Positions 46,806-60,245 of a stretch of 64,000 nt of DNA are shown piece after piece. Under the pieces are notes generated by a model. The model was not told where the DNA came from, searched no databases, and worked only from the letters and a program-made list of their open reading frames with translations. The DNA is from Elsinoe ampelina (Eukaryota), in assembly GCA_010093995.1 (NCBI GenBank), contig ML992501.1, forward strand, positions 1 through 64,000, read 5' to 3'. Within the stretch, counting starts at the first letter, position 1; each line of letters opens with the position of its first letter. Position numbers and translations under genes: made by a program.

Positions 46806-49800
46806 TCACTTTTTCTTCTTCGGCATAAACACGCTGCCTGCCGCTTTTCTTTTCAGCGGCGGTCCCTGTGGCGGTTTCGATTGCACCATGCCGCCATGGA
46901 CCTTCTTCACCTCCCCCCGGTCTTTGCCGACTTCAGTCTTTACATCTCTGTCGGATGCATTCGACATACTACCAGGTGTCCCTGGCGCTCCAGGAGTGGT
47001 AGTCCTACTCCGTGGCGGCTCACTGCTTCTCACGTCGTCCATCAGCTGCTTCTTCGCCGGCTTGACGTCGTTTCGAAACTTCATCTCTTCCTTGCTGTCG
47101 ATATCCATCTTATCCTCACTAACGCTCGATTGCCTCTCTCGCTTCATGCCTTTGATCCTGTCCTCTGCCTTTACCTTGATCCCCTCCATGCGGTCACTTG
47201 ACGGCTTGCGTTGCACGACAGAGGGTTGTTCCTTCTCAGCGGGTCGGAAAATGTCAAGGTCTTGCGGTTTCGGACTATGCACGCCATTGGGTTTGCCATT
47301 CGAGTGTTCCGTCTTGATTGTTGACGGTTGGGGCTTGGACTTTGCCACTCTCGCCTTGGCCGGGAAATCTTTCGAAGGTCTCCTCAACATGTCTTGCACA
47401 TTCCCAGTCGTGAACACATCTCGGGCTTGCGCATCTTCGACAAGTTTCTTCCACCACTGTCCCCTGATCAGACTCTGACTGTTTCCGAGCACCCAGAGAC
47501 TACATTTGGCTCTGGTTAAGCCCACGTTCATACGTCGAATATCTTGCAAGAAACCGATGCCACCCGCAGGAGATGCTCGCACGCAAGAGAAGATGATAAT
47601 CTCACTTTCTCTCCCCTGGAATGCATCGGTGGTGTTGAATTCGACCTTGTCCATGATGGAGTCGCCGAATTGGCGCGCAAACGTCTCCTTCAGCATGCGT
47701 AGCTGTGACTTGTACGGTGTGATGATACCAATCTTCTTGTCGAAGTCGTAGTCTGCAAAGTCCTGGGTCAATCGATTATAGAGGGACAACGCCACCTGGA
47801 TCTCATTCCTGTTGACCAGTGAGGGACCCTTGACAGCCTTCTCATGCTGACCAGAAACGTCAAAGAAGCGATACGGCGCGAGAAGTGAGGATGTGTGCCA
47901 TGGTCTAGCACGCAGAGCTTCCATACCATCACCGTCAAGCAAGCGGCTGTCGTAGAATGAAGCGCTAGGGAATGAAGAAATGTCAGGGTGCATGCGGTAC
48001 TGCGTGTCGAGAAGATGCACAGCATCTGGATGATTGCCTTGCATTCGGACGAAGAGAGATTGCTCATACTGGAATCGAGCCGCTTCTTTGGAGAAGACTG
48101 TTGGTGGTAATTGTTTCGGATCCCCGACCAGGATACATTTGGCGCAGCCGTACTTCAGTGGGATGAGAGCGCTCATCTCGACACACTGAGCCGCTTCGTC
48201 CACAACGACCGTTTCAAATTCGACATTCAGGTTCTGAAAAAGCTCATGACCACTACCGCTCAGGGTAGCACAGATGATGTGACTGTCGTCGATGACAGCC
48301 TGCTGGATTCTTCTGCGTTCCAGCTCTTGATTCCTCCCTGCTGCTCCTTCTGCGTCCTTTGCTGCATCGATCTGTGTACCAAGGTCGTTCTTCCGTTTGC
48401 GTAGTGCGTTGATGTCGTCTTGTAATTTGGGCTTATCATCACCATGAGTACGGTCGCTGTCCATCTTCTCTCGTGCCTCCCGTAGCAATTCTGACACCTT
48501 TTTGTGCTCGCCCATGATGGCCTGGGTACGCTCGCGAGCTCCGTTATCACCGTTGGCATTACCGAGCTTCTTGTTCACAAGCTCGTCGAGAGTGACATCC
48601 TGTACGGCACTGTTGATGGCTTCGCTTCGACCAAGACGGACGACATTGATCTTGCGCTCCGACCCGCGAGTGGTCTTGATGCCGTCCTTGAAACGCATCA
48701 CAAGCTCATCGACGGCCGCGTTACTTGGTGCACAGACAAGCAGCTTCTTCGCCATGTCTCCACCGGCTTGACCAGCCCCCCTGGGAGTATTGATGCGTGT
48801 GGTTCCTGCTGTGGACCCCAAGCTATCCGTTAGCAGTGCACCAACGATTGCGACGATCGTCTTGGTCTTGCCCGATCCAGGCGGACCTTGGATCAAGGTG
48901 AAGGCATCGTTGTCGAGAGCCGACTTGATTGCTTTGGCTTGCGCTTTGTTGACGTTGTAGTTGGAAATAAGAGGATCGAGTTGCTTGTCGTTGTACTGAA
49001 GAAGTGGTGATGGACGAGCTTTGACAATCTCATCGCATAGATCATAATATTCCAGACCGGAGATGGATCCGAACTCACGCTCCAGCGGGATGATCGACTG
49101 AACCTTATCACCGAAGATCTCAGCGCCGGGCTTCAGCATGGCACTGGCCTTCCCATTACCGTGTGGCAGAACTTTGTAGATCACCTCGACAGTCTTGCCC
49201 TTCCGCTTGACCTTGTCGACTCTTGAAAGACAATTGGGCGCCTCCTTGTCGCTCGTTGGCTTCGTGGCAGTCGATAGCAGGATGATGTCACCTTCCGACA
49301 GCTGCGCTTCTCTCAGGTCTGCATGAGAGATGGCAGTACTGATCTCCACAAATGCGTCGACACTGCTCCTGCTCCCAATCTTGATTTTGTACGGCTTCGG
49401 TGAGTCCTCCTCACGAGCACGGACAATGGCTTGCCAAGCCTCGAGGGTCAGGAGTGGCTGGAAAGTGTCTCTGTACTCTTGCGCATGTCTGAAAGCATTG
49501 CTGACCTTCTTGAATTGCCAATCCTCGGATCCGGGTGGATAGTCTCCTTCATGGAAGAAGTCCCATCCAAGGATGATCTTGTGAAGAGGGCCGAGATCTG
49601 GTGCCAGACGGGCTCGCATATCCTTCTTGTTTCGCACTTGTCGAATCACTCTGGTCGGCTTGACTTCCTTCTTCAAGCCGACAACCCCATTCGAATCCAT
49701 CTTGATGCTATTTTTGCTCTTGGTGGTCTTGGAAGCAGGTCCGAAAAGCTCGGCGTCCAGTCCACCCTCGTCGTCATCGTCACTCTCATCAGAAGACACC

Positions 49801-52800
49801 ATGACTCCTTCGCCTTTTGCAGCACTATGGTCCTTGTCGTCCACGCCGATGCCCGCCAGACCAGACCCAGCATTGCCCAGGCCATCTCGTTGTCGTCTTG
49901 CTTTTGCGATAGCAGCTGCGTCTCTCCTCTTCTTTTCTTCCAGGGCTTGTTGGCGCTTTCGTCGGAATTCTTCTCGTTGCTTATCATTCTGCTCCTTGAA
50001 ATGAAGATTCTGCTGCGGCTGCTGCGGAGTTTTGAGCGCCTGGTATCCATCCGAGTCCTTGAATCGTTCAAATGCGGATGATGCGCTTTTGATAATCTTC
50101 TGCATCTCCGAATCATCCGACTGCTTGACATCTTTACGATGAGTAGCAACGTCTTTCCATGCAGCCATATCGATACTACCTTTCTTCGGGCCGTCGTGGT
50201 TCATACCAGAAGGCGTAGATGATCCGGATGACATCCATGGCAGTAAGGAACCTTGTTTACCCACTGGTCGCGAGTCTGTGATCAGAACCTCGTCTACATG
50301 CACTTCGAACGACTTCCTCAGTCGAGCCTTGATGTTGGCAGGAACTTTGTTGCGAATCTCATTTGACAAGATACCTTCAATGAATTCAAGGGCTTTGGCG
50401 GGCAATTCCACCTCGACCGTCCTCAATCTCGTCATGATCTTACAAGCGAAGTCCACTGCCTTTGATATGAGATATTCGTCACGAAGTCGGAACCACGTGA
50501 CGATGGCGGCGGCCGTGTTTGCGGGTGCTGCTAGTAGATGTCGATCAGTCTCGACTCGACTTGTTTCTGACGAGGCTGAATCATGCAAAGCGCCCGAGAT
50601 GACGCTGTATGCATCGAACACCATATTGGCAAAGTCCATGGCGTCACGGCAGAATGCGACCATCAGATCTTTTGAGTGACCCATAAGTGCCCAGGCCTCT
50701 GTGGATTGGAAGATGGTGTTGATCTCGGTCCAGAAGGCCTGCCACACATCTTCGACAACGTCAATATCTTCGTCAGACAGGGATCGTAGTCTCACAATGC
50801 CATCGGAGGAGTCCGACAGAGCCGAGATAAAGTCCTTGCCCGCTTTGACGGTCATCTGTGCTGGTCCAAAGACTTGGGCCTGTGATATGTTTCGTAACAC
50901 GGCTGCTAGAGCTTGCATGCTGGGCACGAATGAATCTCGGAGTAGGCTTTTGATCGCTTCACCACGATTGTTCTCAGAGGTCAGCACCTTGATCAACGAG
51001 GCGGCACTTTGCTGAGTCGTACTGTCACCGGCAAAGAGGAGAGACAGCAGGCCTTCCGCTCGTTCAGCATTTTGCAGTAATACTTTGAGAGCGTGAGGTG
51101 GGAAGTCCTGCATACGATCGAAGAGATCGGACAAAAATTCGTGTTTCTCGTTCAAGCGCTGAGTCCAATTGCGGGCTTCTGGCGAGCTGGACTCCTTTAC
51201 AGGCAGAGCCTCAAATAGGGGAAAGCGGCTACATCCTTGTATGATGGCAGATGCGAGATCAAAGCTATGTGATTTGACACCACGAATTGACGCTTGCCAT
51301 AAGCTCATGGAAGCGTCATCAGATTCCAAAGCTGGCGGCTTGCGGCGTTTGAGTGCATCTCGATCAATTGCTAGAAGCATGACATCTGCGGCGATCGCTT
51401 GCCTTATGACCTGCAGGGCCTCCAAGCGAATTTCATTGGTTGGCGATTTCTCCACGTCCTCCATCACAGAGTTGAGATGAGATTTGAGAACGTCTAGCAA
51501 CGACGAAATGGCAGATCCAGCATCGGAAGCTTCGATGTCAATCTTGCTGAAAGTGGTCGAGAGGACCCGCAATCCAGTCAATCGACAGCTGAGACGACTT
51601 CCTTTGGGGTATGACGCATCATAGTACTTATCCCATGCCTGATGCAGAAGGGACTTGCATGCATTTGGTAAAGCACCGGGGCGTAACGATGCCAGAAAGG
51701 GTACAATCCAGGTCAAACAGTTTGACAGAGCAGATGTGCTATTCACCCCGGAGTCTTGTGCTATGCGTCGAAGATTGGGGCTGTTGAAGATCTGCTCGAT
51801 AACGGTCTTTGGCGAAATGGCTCCGAAAGCATCCCAGACATGCGATGGCGCCTTCTCCCATAACATTTGCAGTGTTGCGAGCAAGTCGTTGAAACAGGGA
51901 GAATCAACTTGGAGGTGATCAAGGGCGAGTTTGCATATATCAGTATCCATGGCACGAAGGTGATGTGCGATAACATTGCGGTCAAGTCGGTCGACAATCA
52001 TGCGAACGCCGCGCCAGAACGAGGGCATGAATTCCCGCTCCAGAGACGTGAGTTGTACCCTTGCCATGGCCATGGATAATTGATCCTTGACAGCCCAGTC
52101 GAATTGTGCACCTGATATACCGCACTGCATTTTTTCCCAACATCGGATGGCAAAGTCCAGGCGCTGCTCGTTGTTGCTGAACAGGAACATGGTGAGCGCT
52201 GGAGAGTAGCCAGGGAGGGTAATCTTCTTTTTGGACTGAACCAGCTTGAAGGCTTGATCGAAATTCTCGGCAAGGAAAGCTTCATCAGTGATAACGGGCA
52301 TACAGTGCATAGTCTCCAGCAGCGCATATAGTCCTTGAGATGACAGCTTGTTGATTTTCCTGTCTTGCGGCGGCAAGTCGAGCATATCCTGTTTTGCAGC
52401 CTCCAAGCCATTCTTGATTCTCGTCTTGTTGACCCCATCGAAGCGATCCATGAATTGTTGTACTTGACCGGCTTCATATTGAGCCTGTAGGTCGTGTTCG
52501 AGTAATGATCTGCACTTATGATACTCGCGGATACAGATGGGACACCGTACGAGTTGACCAGCTATGCTCTCTTCGAATGCCTTCTGGAATGGCACCGCAT
52601 CGTCGCCGTCGTACGCGAAGATCGATACGGCTTCGAGGAATATGCTGCGTCGATCATGAGCCTTCTCTACCCGTTTGTGCCGTATGCCTCGCTGTTCAGC
52701 TGTCTCGTCTTCCTCGACCATGTCCTCATCAAAGAAGAATTGATCATCATCGCTGGGCTTCTCGCGCGGACAGAACCAGTGAGTCTCTTCTGGCACTCCT

Positions 52801-52885
52801 TTGAGCTCCCTGGGAAGCTGTCAGCGTAGTCCAACCTCTGTGTTCGTATGATTACTGACTCGATTTTGCCTACGATCTCAGCCAT
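46806..52885 (-). CDS. SEN1: Sen1/senataxin SF1 helicase (intron 52810-52859)
   Basis: SEN1_N start HWFCPR. Helicase motifs LIQGPPGSGKT, CAPSNAAVDE, VVDEAAQ, LVGDPKQLPP, QYRMHP, DAFQGRE and RRMNVGLTRA. Confidence 0.96.
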
Positions 52886-54305
52886 TGTGGCTATTGGTGT
52901 AGGAATTAGAAAGCTTGATCAAAGAGAGCAAATTTAAAGGTGTTCTAGTTCTCACATCGCCGTCACAGCCGTATCTGTTGAGTGAGTGAAGTCATGAATT
53001 CCGTGGAAGCGTTGGTTCAGTTGATCTCAGGAGCGAGGCGGCGCCTCCAGTGGTGGTAGATGCTGAGATTTAAGATCCCTGGCCGAGTGTGCGAGGGGGA
53101 GAGAGACCAGTGAAGAAGTAGAATAAGGGAAGCGTGCGACGGATCGCTCTATATCAGGCGAGGCATAGTGTTGATAGTAGGGGTCATGAAAGAACTGTGA
53201 CCATCACCAGGTCGAAGAAATGTACGGTTAGCTGGAAGACGCGGGCGCGCAGAAACGCGACGTCACGACATGCAACCACTTTACCGGTGGCTCCCCTGAG
53301 TCGCAAACGAGATCGACAGGCAGATGGGCATGAGAATTATCGAAGATTGACCAGTGCGATTTTGCGCCGCACAGCACGACCATACTGCTGAGGTATTCAC
53401 CGAATCATTTAATGGCCGCCGTCCTCGGATTGGTTGCAATGTGCATATCTCAAGGCCACCTACGGCAGTCACTTGCTTATCAAGTCATCATCGGATCACA
53501 GTACAGCAATGATTAGATGCTCATGTTCAGAACAGGGTGAATAGACAGGATCTTGCACTTGCATGCGAGCATCCATGTCGGAATGTAACCCATACCACAA
53601 TGCCAAGTTTCGGCAAGCTCTGCCCGCGAGTCATGCATGTACAAGGACAGACATGGAGATTGTCGGCGGCATATTGGACTAGACTCAACTCTCCCTGCCA
53701 ATTCAGTCATGTCTATTTCTGCCGTTCACGGAATTGTGTCCCTGATCAATATTGTGTAGCTTGAACATGCAGTGAAGCCAAAGTTGAGCATCTCGACGAC
53801 TGTCAACAAGGTTCAAGATACGTTAGCTTCAGTCCGACGGTCATCTCTCATTGGCTCTTCTCAAGGTCGCAGCGCAGCGGATCCCCACAAGCAAAGCTGG
53901 CGCACTGACCACTTGACCTCCACCCATCGGCCGAGGACACTTGGACCCCTCTTTCTTCCTTCTTTCCCGGTACCAAGGCGCGCCCGCACTTCTTAAGAAG
54001 CCCTCGATTTGCGCTTTCCCTTTTCGCAACGCTCTACGCTAACCCCTTCAGTTCACCCAGATCCTCTTGTCTTTCCAAACGAAACAGAAAGACGACAGCC
54101 CCGAGTCGTCAATCTTGTTCATATCAAGCAGAGAATCGAAGCAGGGATCACACAGATCTGCGTTGAATATTGCGGATTTGTTCGACTACTTGCCGTTCAC
54201 TGCGCCGTTGCCGTCGGTCGCACCCTGCTCTCTCCAACCCACGCCAACCTCTCTTCAGCAAGCTCCTCGTCAACTCACCTTTCCCTTTTCATACCGTCCC
54301 ACACA

Positions 54306-54321
54306 TTTCCCAAACGGGAAG
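54306..54321. promoter_or_regulatory. Mcm1/SRF-type CC-N6-GG site about 40 bp upstream of the MCM1 ATG
   Basis: TTTCCCAAACGGGAAG resembles the TTTCC-N6-GGAAA Mcm1 consensus. Confidence 0.5.
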
Positions 54322-54360
54322 ATTTCTTGAATTCACTTCACTCGACGCTTCACTTCCGAC

Positions 54361-55153
54361 ATGGCAAGTGAAATCACCGACCAAGACCCCGCCGGCTCCC
54401 CTTCCAACCAGGACGAGCTGCTGGGTAACGGCAGTGGTGCCGGCGACCAAGGAGGAGCCGAGAATCGTGGCATCAAGCGACAAAGGACCTCCACCGCCGG
54501 CGCCGACGACGATGATGATGACGACGACAAGCCCGGACGTGAACGTCGGAAGATCGAGATCAAGTTTATTCAAGACAAGTCGCGAAGACACATCACCTTC
54601 TCCAAGCGCAAGGCTGGCATCATGAAGAAGGTCGGTCATGACTGAACGCGATTCGACGCGTTCGTTATACATTGTCGCATTGTCTGACAGTAATAGGCGT
54701 ACGAATTGTCTGTCCTTACCGGTACTCAAGTCCTGCTCCTCGTCGTCTCCGAGACGGGTCTGGTCTACACGTTTACTACACCGAAGCTCCAGCCTCTCGT
54801 CACCAAGCCAGAAGGAAAGAACCTCATTCAGGTATGTTCACTCAGGTGAATCACATCATTGACGCGTCTGACACGTGGGACAGGCATGCCTGAACGCCCC
54901 AGAACCCGCCGATGCTAATGGTGTCGACGGCGGTGACAACGCGGTCGACTCGCCCGACGATGCTCACCAGAACCCCGCCGCGAACGCGGCAATGCCACCC
55001 CGCGGACCTCCAATGCCACCCCAGGCTTACGGCATGATGCCACCCGATCAGCAACAGGCTATGCAATATCAGGCTTACCTGCAGCAGCAGCAGGCGGCAC
55101 AACATGGTGGATATCCCATGCCAGCTCAGGCCATGGCACAGCGTCAGCAGTAG
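54361..55153 (+). CDS. MCM1: SRF-type MADS-box transcription factor Mcm1/McmA (exons 54361-54630, 54697-54831, 54884-55153)
   Basis: RRKIEIKFIQDKSRRHITFSKRKAGIMKK|AYELSVLTGTQVLLLVVSETGLVYTFTT. Q-rich tail. Confidence 0.97.
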
Positions 55154-55743
55154 GAGAGCGACCTCTTGATGTCACCATCACCTGTGGCGGAATGCCAGGT
55201 TGGTGAAACCGCATGAGGAAAGACCCAGAAGACAGCGGTCGGTTCACGATACCAACGATTCAAGGCATCACTGCCGTCAAAATCTTATTCGAGGGCGCAT
55301 ATGTGTATTAGGTCGCCAGGTGGTCATTCGAGCAACGAGCATGGATTTAGATCAGCCACGACCTCGCTAAATTCTCACCTGACCCGTACCATCCTCTGCA
55401 TGATGGATCGGGTCGGGACTTTATAGTCAAAACGAGCAGCCTTTTTGATGATGCGGGACTGCCCATGGAACAATTGAACAATTCACCTTCTCATGTCTTT
55501 TTATGCACCGAGAATTGTGTGACTGTGCTTGTCGCTTCCCTTGCCATTATGCCAATCTCAAACTTGTCTTCCTCGCCAGTGTATGTCAACGTTGGTGTTT
55601 GACCGAAATGGGAGGCTGACTGTTCGCAAATGATCTCTGTTCAGTGTTGATACATAGGAGCACTCTACCAGGATCCTCTAGCAGCATCCCTGAGGCTCGC
55701 ACCTGGTTCGGCCTGCCAGTCACACTCCACGTCTCGAACCGTC

Positions 55744-56431
55744 TTACCGCAAGCTCTTCTCAAGGAACACCCTCTCCAGCTTGCCCACCTGCACCTTGAA
55801 CTCCTCCACCTCCTTCCAGCAATCCAACGGTCTCCGATCATTCACCCTCAAGCACTGCACCAGATCATCCTTCGCCTTCTCCACCTCCGCCGACGGCTTC
55901 TCCAACTTCCGCCGACTGTCTAGCTTGGCCTTCATCTTCTCAATCTCCGCCTTGACGCTGCTGTGCGTCTTGTCTGCATCTGCTGAGCCGCCCGTCAGAG
56001 CGGAGCTGATCTTCGATCCGAGGGACTCGGAGTTGGAGTCGGAGTCTGAGCCGGATGTTGGCGAAGAGGGCTCCTCGTCGTTTTCGGGGGTGATTGAGGC
56101 GGCGAGATCGACTAATCGCGAGGCTTCAATGTCTCGTATCCTGGCCAGTTCGGTTTGTACTCTTTGTTGTACTTGGAGCTCGATGTTGCGCGCGCGTGTT
56201 GAGTCGGTCTAAAGAGTGGTCTTAGCCCCTGCTTTCACATTCGCGAGAATGTAGACCTACCTGTGGACTATTCTGTAGCTGATCTAATACTTGTTGAGAG
56301 AAGCGGACTGGTGTCTCCCTGTAGGGCGTCAGTACTCCCGCGCACCATATCTAATGGTTCGCTTGTGGTACATACGCCGAGAAGACATGTTGCGACGGAT
56401 CAGCCGTCTGTTTTGACCCTCCACTACCCAT
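55744..56431 (-). CDS. MIC19: MICOS subunit Mic19-like (DUF1690) (introns 56319-56375, 56209-56260)
   Basis: Myristoylation-type start MGSGGSK, then PVRFSQ and TDSTRARNIE. C-terminal CLRVNDRRPLDCWKEVEEFK. Confidence 0.85.
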
Positions 56432-56641
56432 GTTGTCGTGTCAATGGCTGTTTGAAGGGTGAAGCTCAAACTTGCCTGTAAGTCGGACATTGACGGGACC
56501 TCGACCCGAAGATTTTCCTGGCTTTCACCTCAAGTTGCGGTCGCCGCCAAGACGACTTCACATGATCGCGTGTCGTTCTGCTCATGCTCACAAACATTAT
56601 TTTGCTTTGATTGAGGAGATGCAGTGGAGGCGGACCTAGAC

Positions 56642-57457
56642 ATGCAGTCGTCCCTGTCTGCCTGGTTGAAGAAAGCAGTGGAGGTGAATAATAGTCCTGA
56701 CAAGGTGCCCAAGTCGAGCACTCATCTGCAAGCCGCCGCTCTCCCCACGCCTTCTCCAGAGCCACAGCAAGCATCTCACACGACACCACGGCCATCTGAT
56801 CTACTCAGAGCAAGATCTACTGGATGTTCAGCGGCAGAATTACAGCAGTACTCGCATCCGAACATATCAATCTTGCCGTTCTCAAAAGAGCACATTTCCC
56901 CTTTCAAACGTATCAATGCTCTGCTCTTGCCTATCCCCTATGGGAATTCTTTCTACGATGAGATTCTGTCGGACCAATTGACGGCTTCCATTTCTTTGGT
57001 AGCCACCTGGACAGACGATTCGACCTCGCTCAATGCTGGGAAAGTCATCGGCGGCATCCGTTGTCGGATCCTCAGCTCTGCTTCGACTGGCATCGAGAAG
57101 GGAATCGCCTCCTCCTTTCCGAGCTACGCGCCTGGATCTGGTCACAGGATTCCAGCCGACGCTAGCAGTGGACCGGAAGGTGAGAAGATACTCTACATCT
57201 CAACTCTCACACTCTTGTCGCCTTATCGAGGACACGGCGTAGCGAAAGCACTGCTGGAAAGGGTCGAGCAGGTGGCAAAGGTGAAGTATGGTGTTTCTGC
57301 CACTGGAGCGCATGTTTGGGTGGCCAATGACGATGGTCTTCAGTGGTACGCCAAGCGTGGGTTCAAGCAAGTAGGGAGAGACGATGGGTACTACAGACGT
57401 CTGGATCCGATGGGAGCTGTGGTGATGAGGAGAGAGATTCGCAGCGATACTGGTTGA
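56642..57457 (+). CDS. GNAT acetyltransferase, Naa50-like
   Basis: Motifs LLPIPYGNSFY, LYISTLTLLSPYRGHGVA and HVWVANDDGLQWYAKRGF. Confidence 0.85.
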   Translation: MQSSLSAWLKKAVEVNNSPDKVPKSSTHLQAAALPTPSPEPQQASHTTPRPSDLLRARSTGCSAAELQQYSHPNISILPFSKEHISPFKRINALLLPIPYGNSFYDEILSDQLTASISLVATWTDDSTSLNAGKVIGGIRCRILSSASTGIEKGIASSFPSYAPGSGHRIPADASSGPEGEKILYISTLTLLSPYRGHGVAKALLERVEQVAKVKYGVSATGAHVWVANDDGLQWYAKRGFKQVGRDDGYYRRLDPMGAVVMRREIRSDTG

Positions 57458-57641
57458 AGTATTCAATCAATGATATCTGGACTTTCTCAATCTTCTGGAG
57501 ACAGAGAGTCATCCGCCATATCGCAAAGCTGGACCGTCCAACAACGAGCTTGGCCCTATCATCACGGTGCGTCCGACCCAGCTGGCCAATTGGCCCCTAC
57601 CAGACCCAGCAGCATCCTCCTCACGCCACCCCCCCACCACC

Positions 57642-58079
57642 TCACTGCCCCTTCCTCCCCCCATCAACAGCCATCACCTCCGGCCTCACAACCAGACACC
57701 ACACCCTCCAAGCCGCCGCCCCCGCCAGAACCGCCGAACCCCCAAACACCATCCCCTCCCCAAACGGACTGCTCCCTTTCACCCACCCCGCCAACAACAA
57801 CGGCACAATCACCCCCTCCCCCATCCCCAGAGTAACGTACGCACTCCTCCTCTGCGCCTCCCCCGTCGGCGTATCCGAATATGCCGCGAGCAAAGGCACG
57901 GTGAGCGCGAGGGTGATGCCGCCTAGCATTTGCCAGAGGGTGAGGGAGAGGGGGTTGAGGGCGGATGGGTCGCGGACGAGGAGGGAGAGGGTGAGGCGGG
58001 GGGTGAGGAGGAAGGAGAGGCCGCCTAGGATGTTGCCTAGGGATTCGAGGAGGAGGGCGTTTTGGACTAGGGAGGGCAT
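57642..58079 (-). CDS. Small 4-TM hypothetical membrane protein
   Basis: MPSLVQNALLLESLGN... with four hydrophobic segments. Confidence 0.65.
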   Translation of the reverse strand: MPSLVQNALLLESLGNILGGLSFLLTPRLTLSLLVRDPSALNPLSLTLWQMLGGITLALTVPLLAAYSDTPTGEAQRRSAYVTLGMGEGVIVPLLLAGWVKGSSPFGEGMVFGGSAVLAGAAAWRVWCLVVRPEVMAVDGGRKGQ

Positions 58080-58633
58080 TGTGGGTTGTCCCTTGGAAGG
58101 TGAGCTGGTCGTTGCTGGAGGTGGTTGTGGGGGATAAAGCGGGGATCGTGGTCTGGTGGTTAATGAGGTCTGGTGGAGACTTTCGAGGGAGCGGGAGGCA
58201 GGACGATATCCGGCCGGACTGCTTGGTAGATGAAGTTGGACGATGAAATTGAATGCTAGTAACTCTATGAAATACCCATTTCGATAAGGTATTCCTAAAG
58301 ATGAAGAAATCAGGACCCGCTTCTGATGCACTCGTCGCTCATGACGCAACCGCCAGATCTACCTTACCCCTGGACGTCGATCGGATCGGCACCCTTGTCG
58401 ATCAGGTACAAGCCGCATATTAACACCATAGAAATTGACTGTCTATATTTGTGGTACTGGCTGAGGAACACACTGGCAGAACATCACTACCACAACAGGT
58501 CTGTCCGTTGGAAGTCGCTCATCATTTCGATATGTGCACTACTTTTCAGACTGTACAGCACGCTACAAAATGTCCAAAACATGACTTGTCCGCTTCTTAC
58601 CCCGAGCCATCTAGGTTGTAGATGTCCTGATCC

Positions 58634-60245
58634 TCAGTTCCTGCTCTGCGTGCGACTCAAGTCGCCTTTCGCCGCCTTGTCAGCGACCAGCGCAATCAGG
58701 GCAGCGCCTACACCCGACCCATCCTTTGCGATGCCGATTCTGATCCTCTTCTCGCCCCATGAGCCGATGCCGTCGATCTCACGGAGGGCCTCTCGCATGT
58801 AGTCCTCGAAACCGGGGTAGAACTCGACCAAGCTGCCGTCGACACCGATATCGACAATCTCTTCCTCGCCAGGCTCTTTGTCACCAACAGTGGCTAGATC
58901 ATCAGGGTGTTTGAGCTTGTTGGTCGCGAGAACAACAGCACCAAGAGCTACAGCTGACAGTCGGGCTGCACGGCGACCGATAGCTCGTGCGATAGCTTGG
59001 ACGGCTTCGGCGTCCTCTTTACTTGGAGCGTGAACGCCGTATTGGCCGTCTAGTGCCTGGCGAGTGACCTTGAGGCCGACGCTACTGTCGCCGTGGGTGA
59101 TTGAGAGGAAGCTGGTGTCTAGTCCCCACTGTTGGTAAAGCTTGCTGTGCTCGGCAATATTAGTCGTGCTTGAGACGTCGTTGTGCGAACTGTTGTCGTC
59201 GGCGAAGAGACCAATCTCCTTCTTCTGTAGAAGAGAGAGGATGGCGCGGCGAAGAATCTCACCCAAGAACATGCCGGATACTCGCTTCTCGAACATTTGT
59301 ATTCCAGGATTGACCGATTCGACGTCCAGAGCGGTATCGTAGGGAGTGTTTGGCAGATGCGACATGGCATTATCGAACGAGCCCCATTCGGTGTTGACGA
59401 TCATCTCCCCAGTTGATTTGTCATATTGAGCAGATGTGTTGCTGGCGAGCTTGCTGACCTTGCTCAATTTCTCCACGTAGGCGCCATTCGTGCCGGTACC
59501 GAAGATAGCGCCCAGCAATGTGCCAGTCTTGCCTGGAGATGTGTATGAGCGCGCCATCAGTGTCCCAACCGTGTCGTTAACTAGAGCCGCCACTCTTACA
59601 GGCAGGTGAAGAGCATCGATCTCATCCTGCAGCATGGCGCATACATCCTTGCCTACAGCATCCGCAATGTCGAAACCCTTTGTCCAGCGGATTAGTGTAC
59701 CCTTGTTGATGCCTACTTGTATCACGGGAAAAGAGAAGGTGAAGCCGAGTGAGAAAATTTCCTCGTCTGTGAAGCCTCGAGGATCAGAGACAGTAGTGCG
59801 CCGACGAATGGTGGAGTGATAATGCTCGTTGTGATGCGTTTCCAAGAACTTTGCGATTTGTGCAGCCAGGAACGAAAACAGCTCTTTCGATGTCTTTGCT
59901 ACCATGAGGTCTCTTGGTATGGCGACTTTGGACTGTGTGAGGGAAAAGGTAGAGTTGCCGTGCAGCTGAATGGAGCAGACGCGGAAATTGGTACCTCCTA
60001 GATCCACGGCCATGTAGAGACCTTTCTCTGTGCCATTGGGTACGGCCGTGACGTACGTTGGTATCTGGCTCATTTGTGTTCCGTCCTTTTGGAGACCCTC
60101 ATCTACGAAGGATTAGCAGAATCCAAGTAATCTGATATGAGCACCTACTCATCTGCTTGACGAACTCTTTCACACCATTGTTGACATCCTTGGCCGAGTA
60201 CTCGAACTCGGCCACCACCTTTTGTGCCTCCTCCGCAAGACCCAT
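58634..60245 (-). CDS. glkA: Glucokinase (hexokinase family) (intron 60103-60148)
   Basis: MGLAEEAQKVVAEFEY...QIPTYVTAVPNGTEKG is GlkA-type. Motifs DLGGTNFRV, LGFTFSFP, NDTVGT, GTGTNG and DGSGVGAA. Confidence 0.9.
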
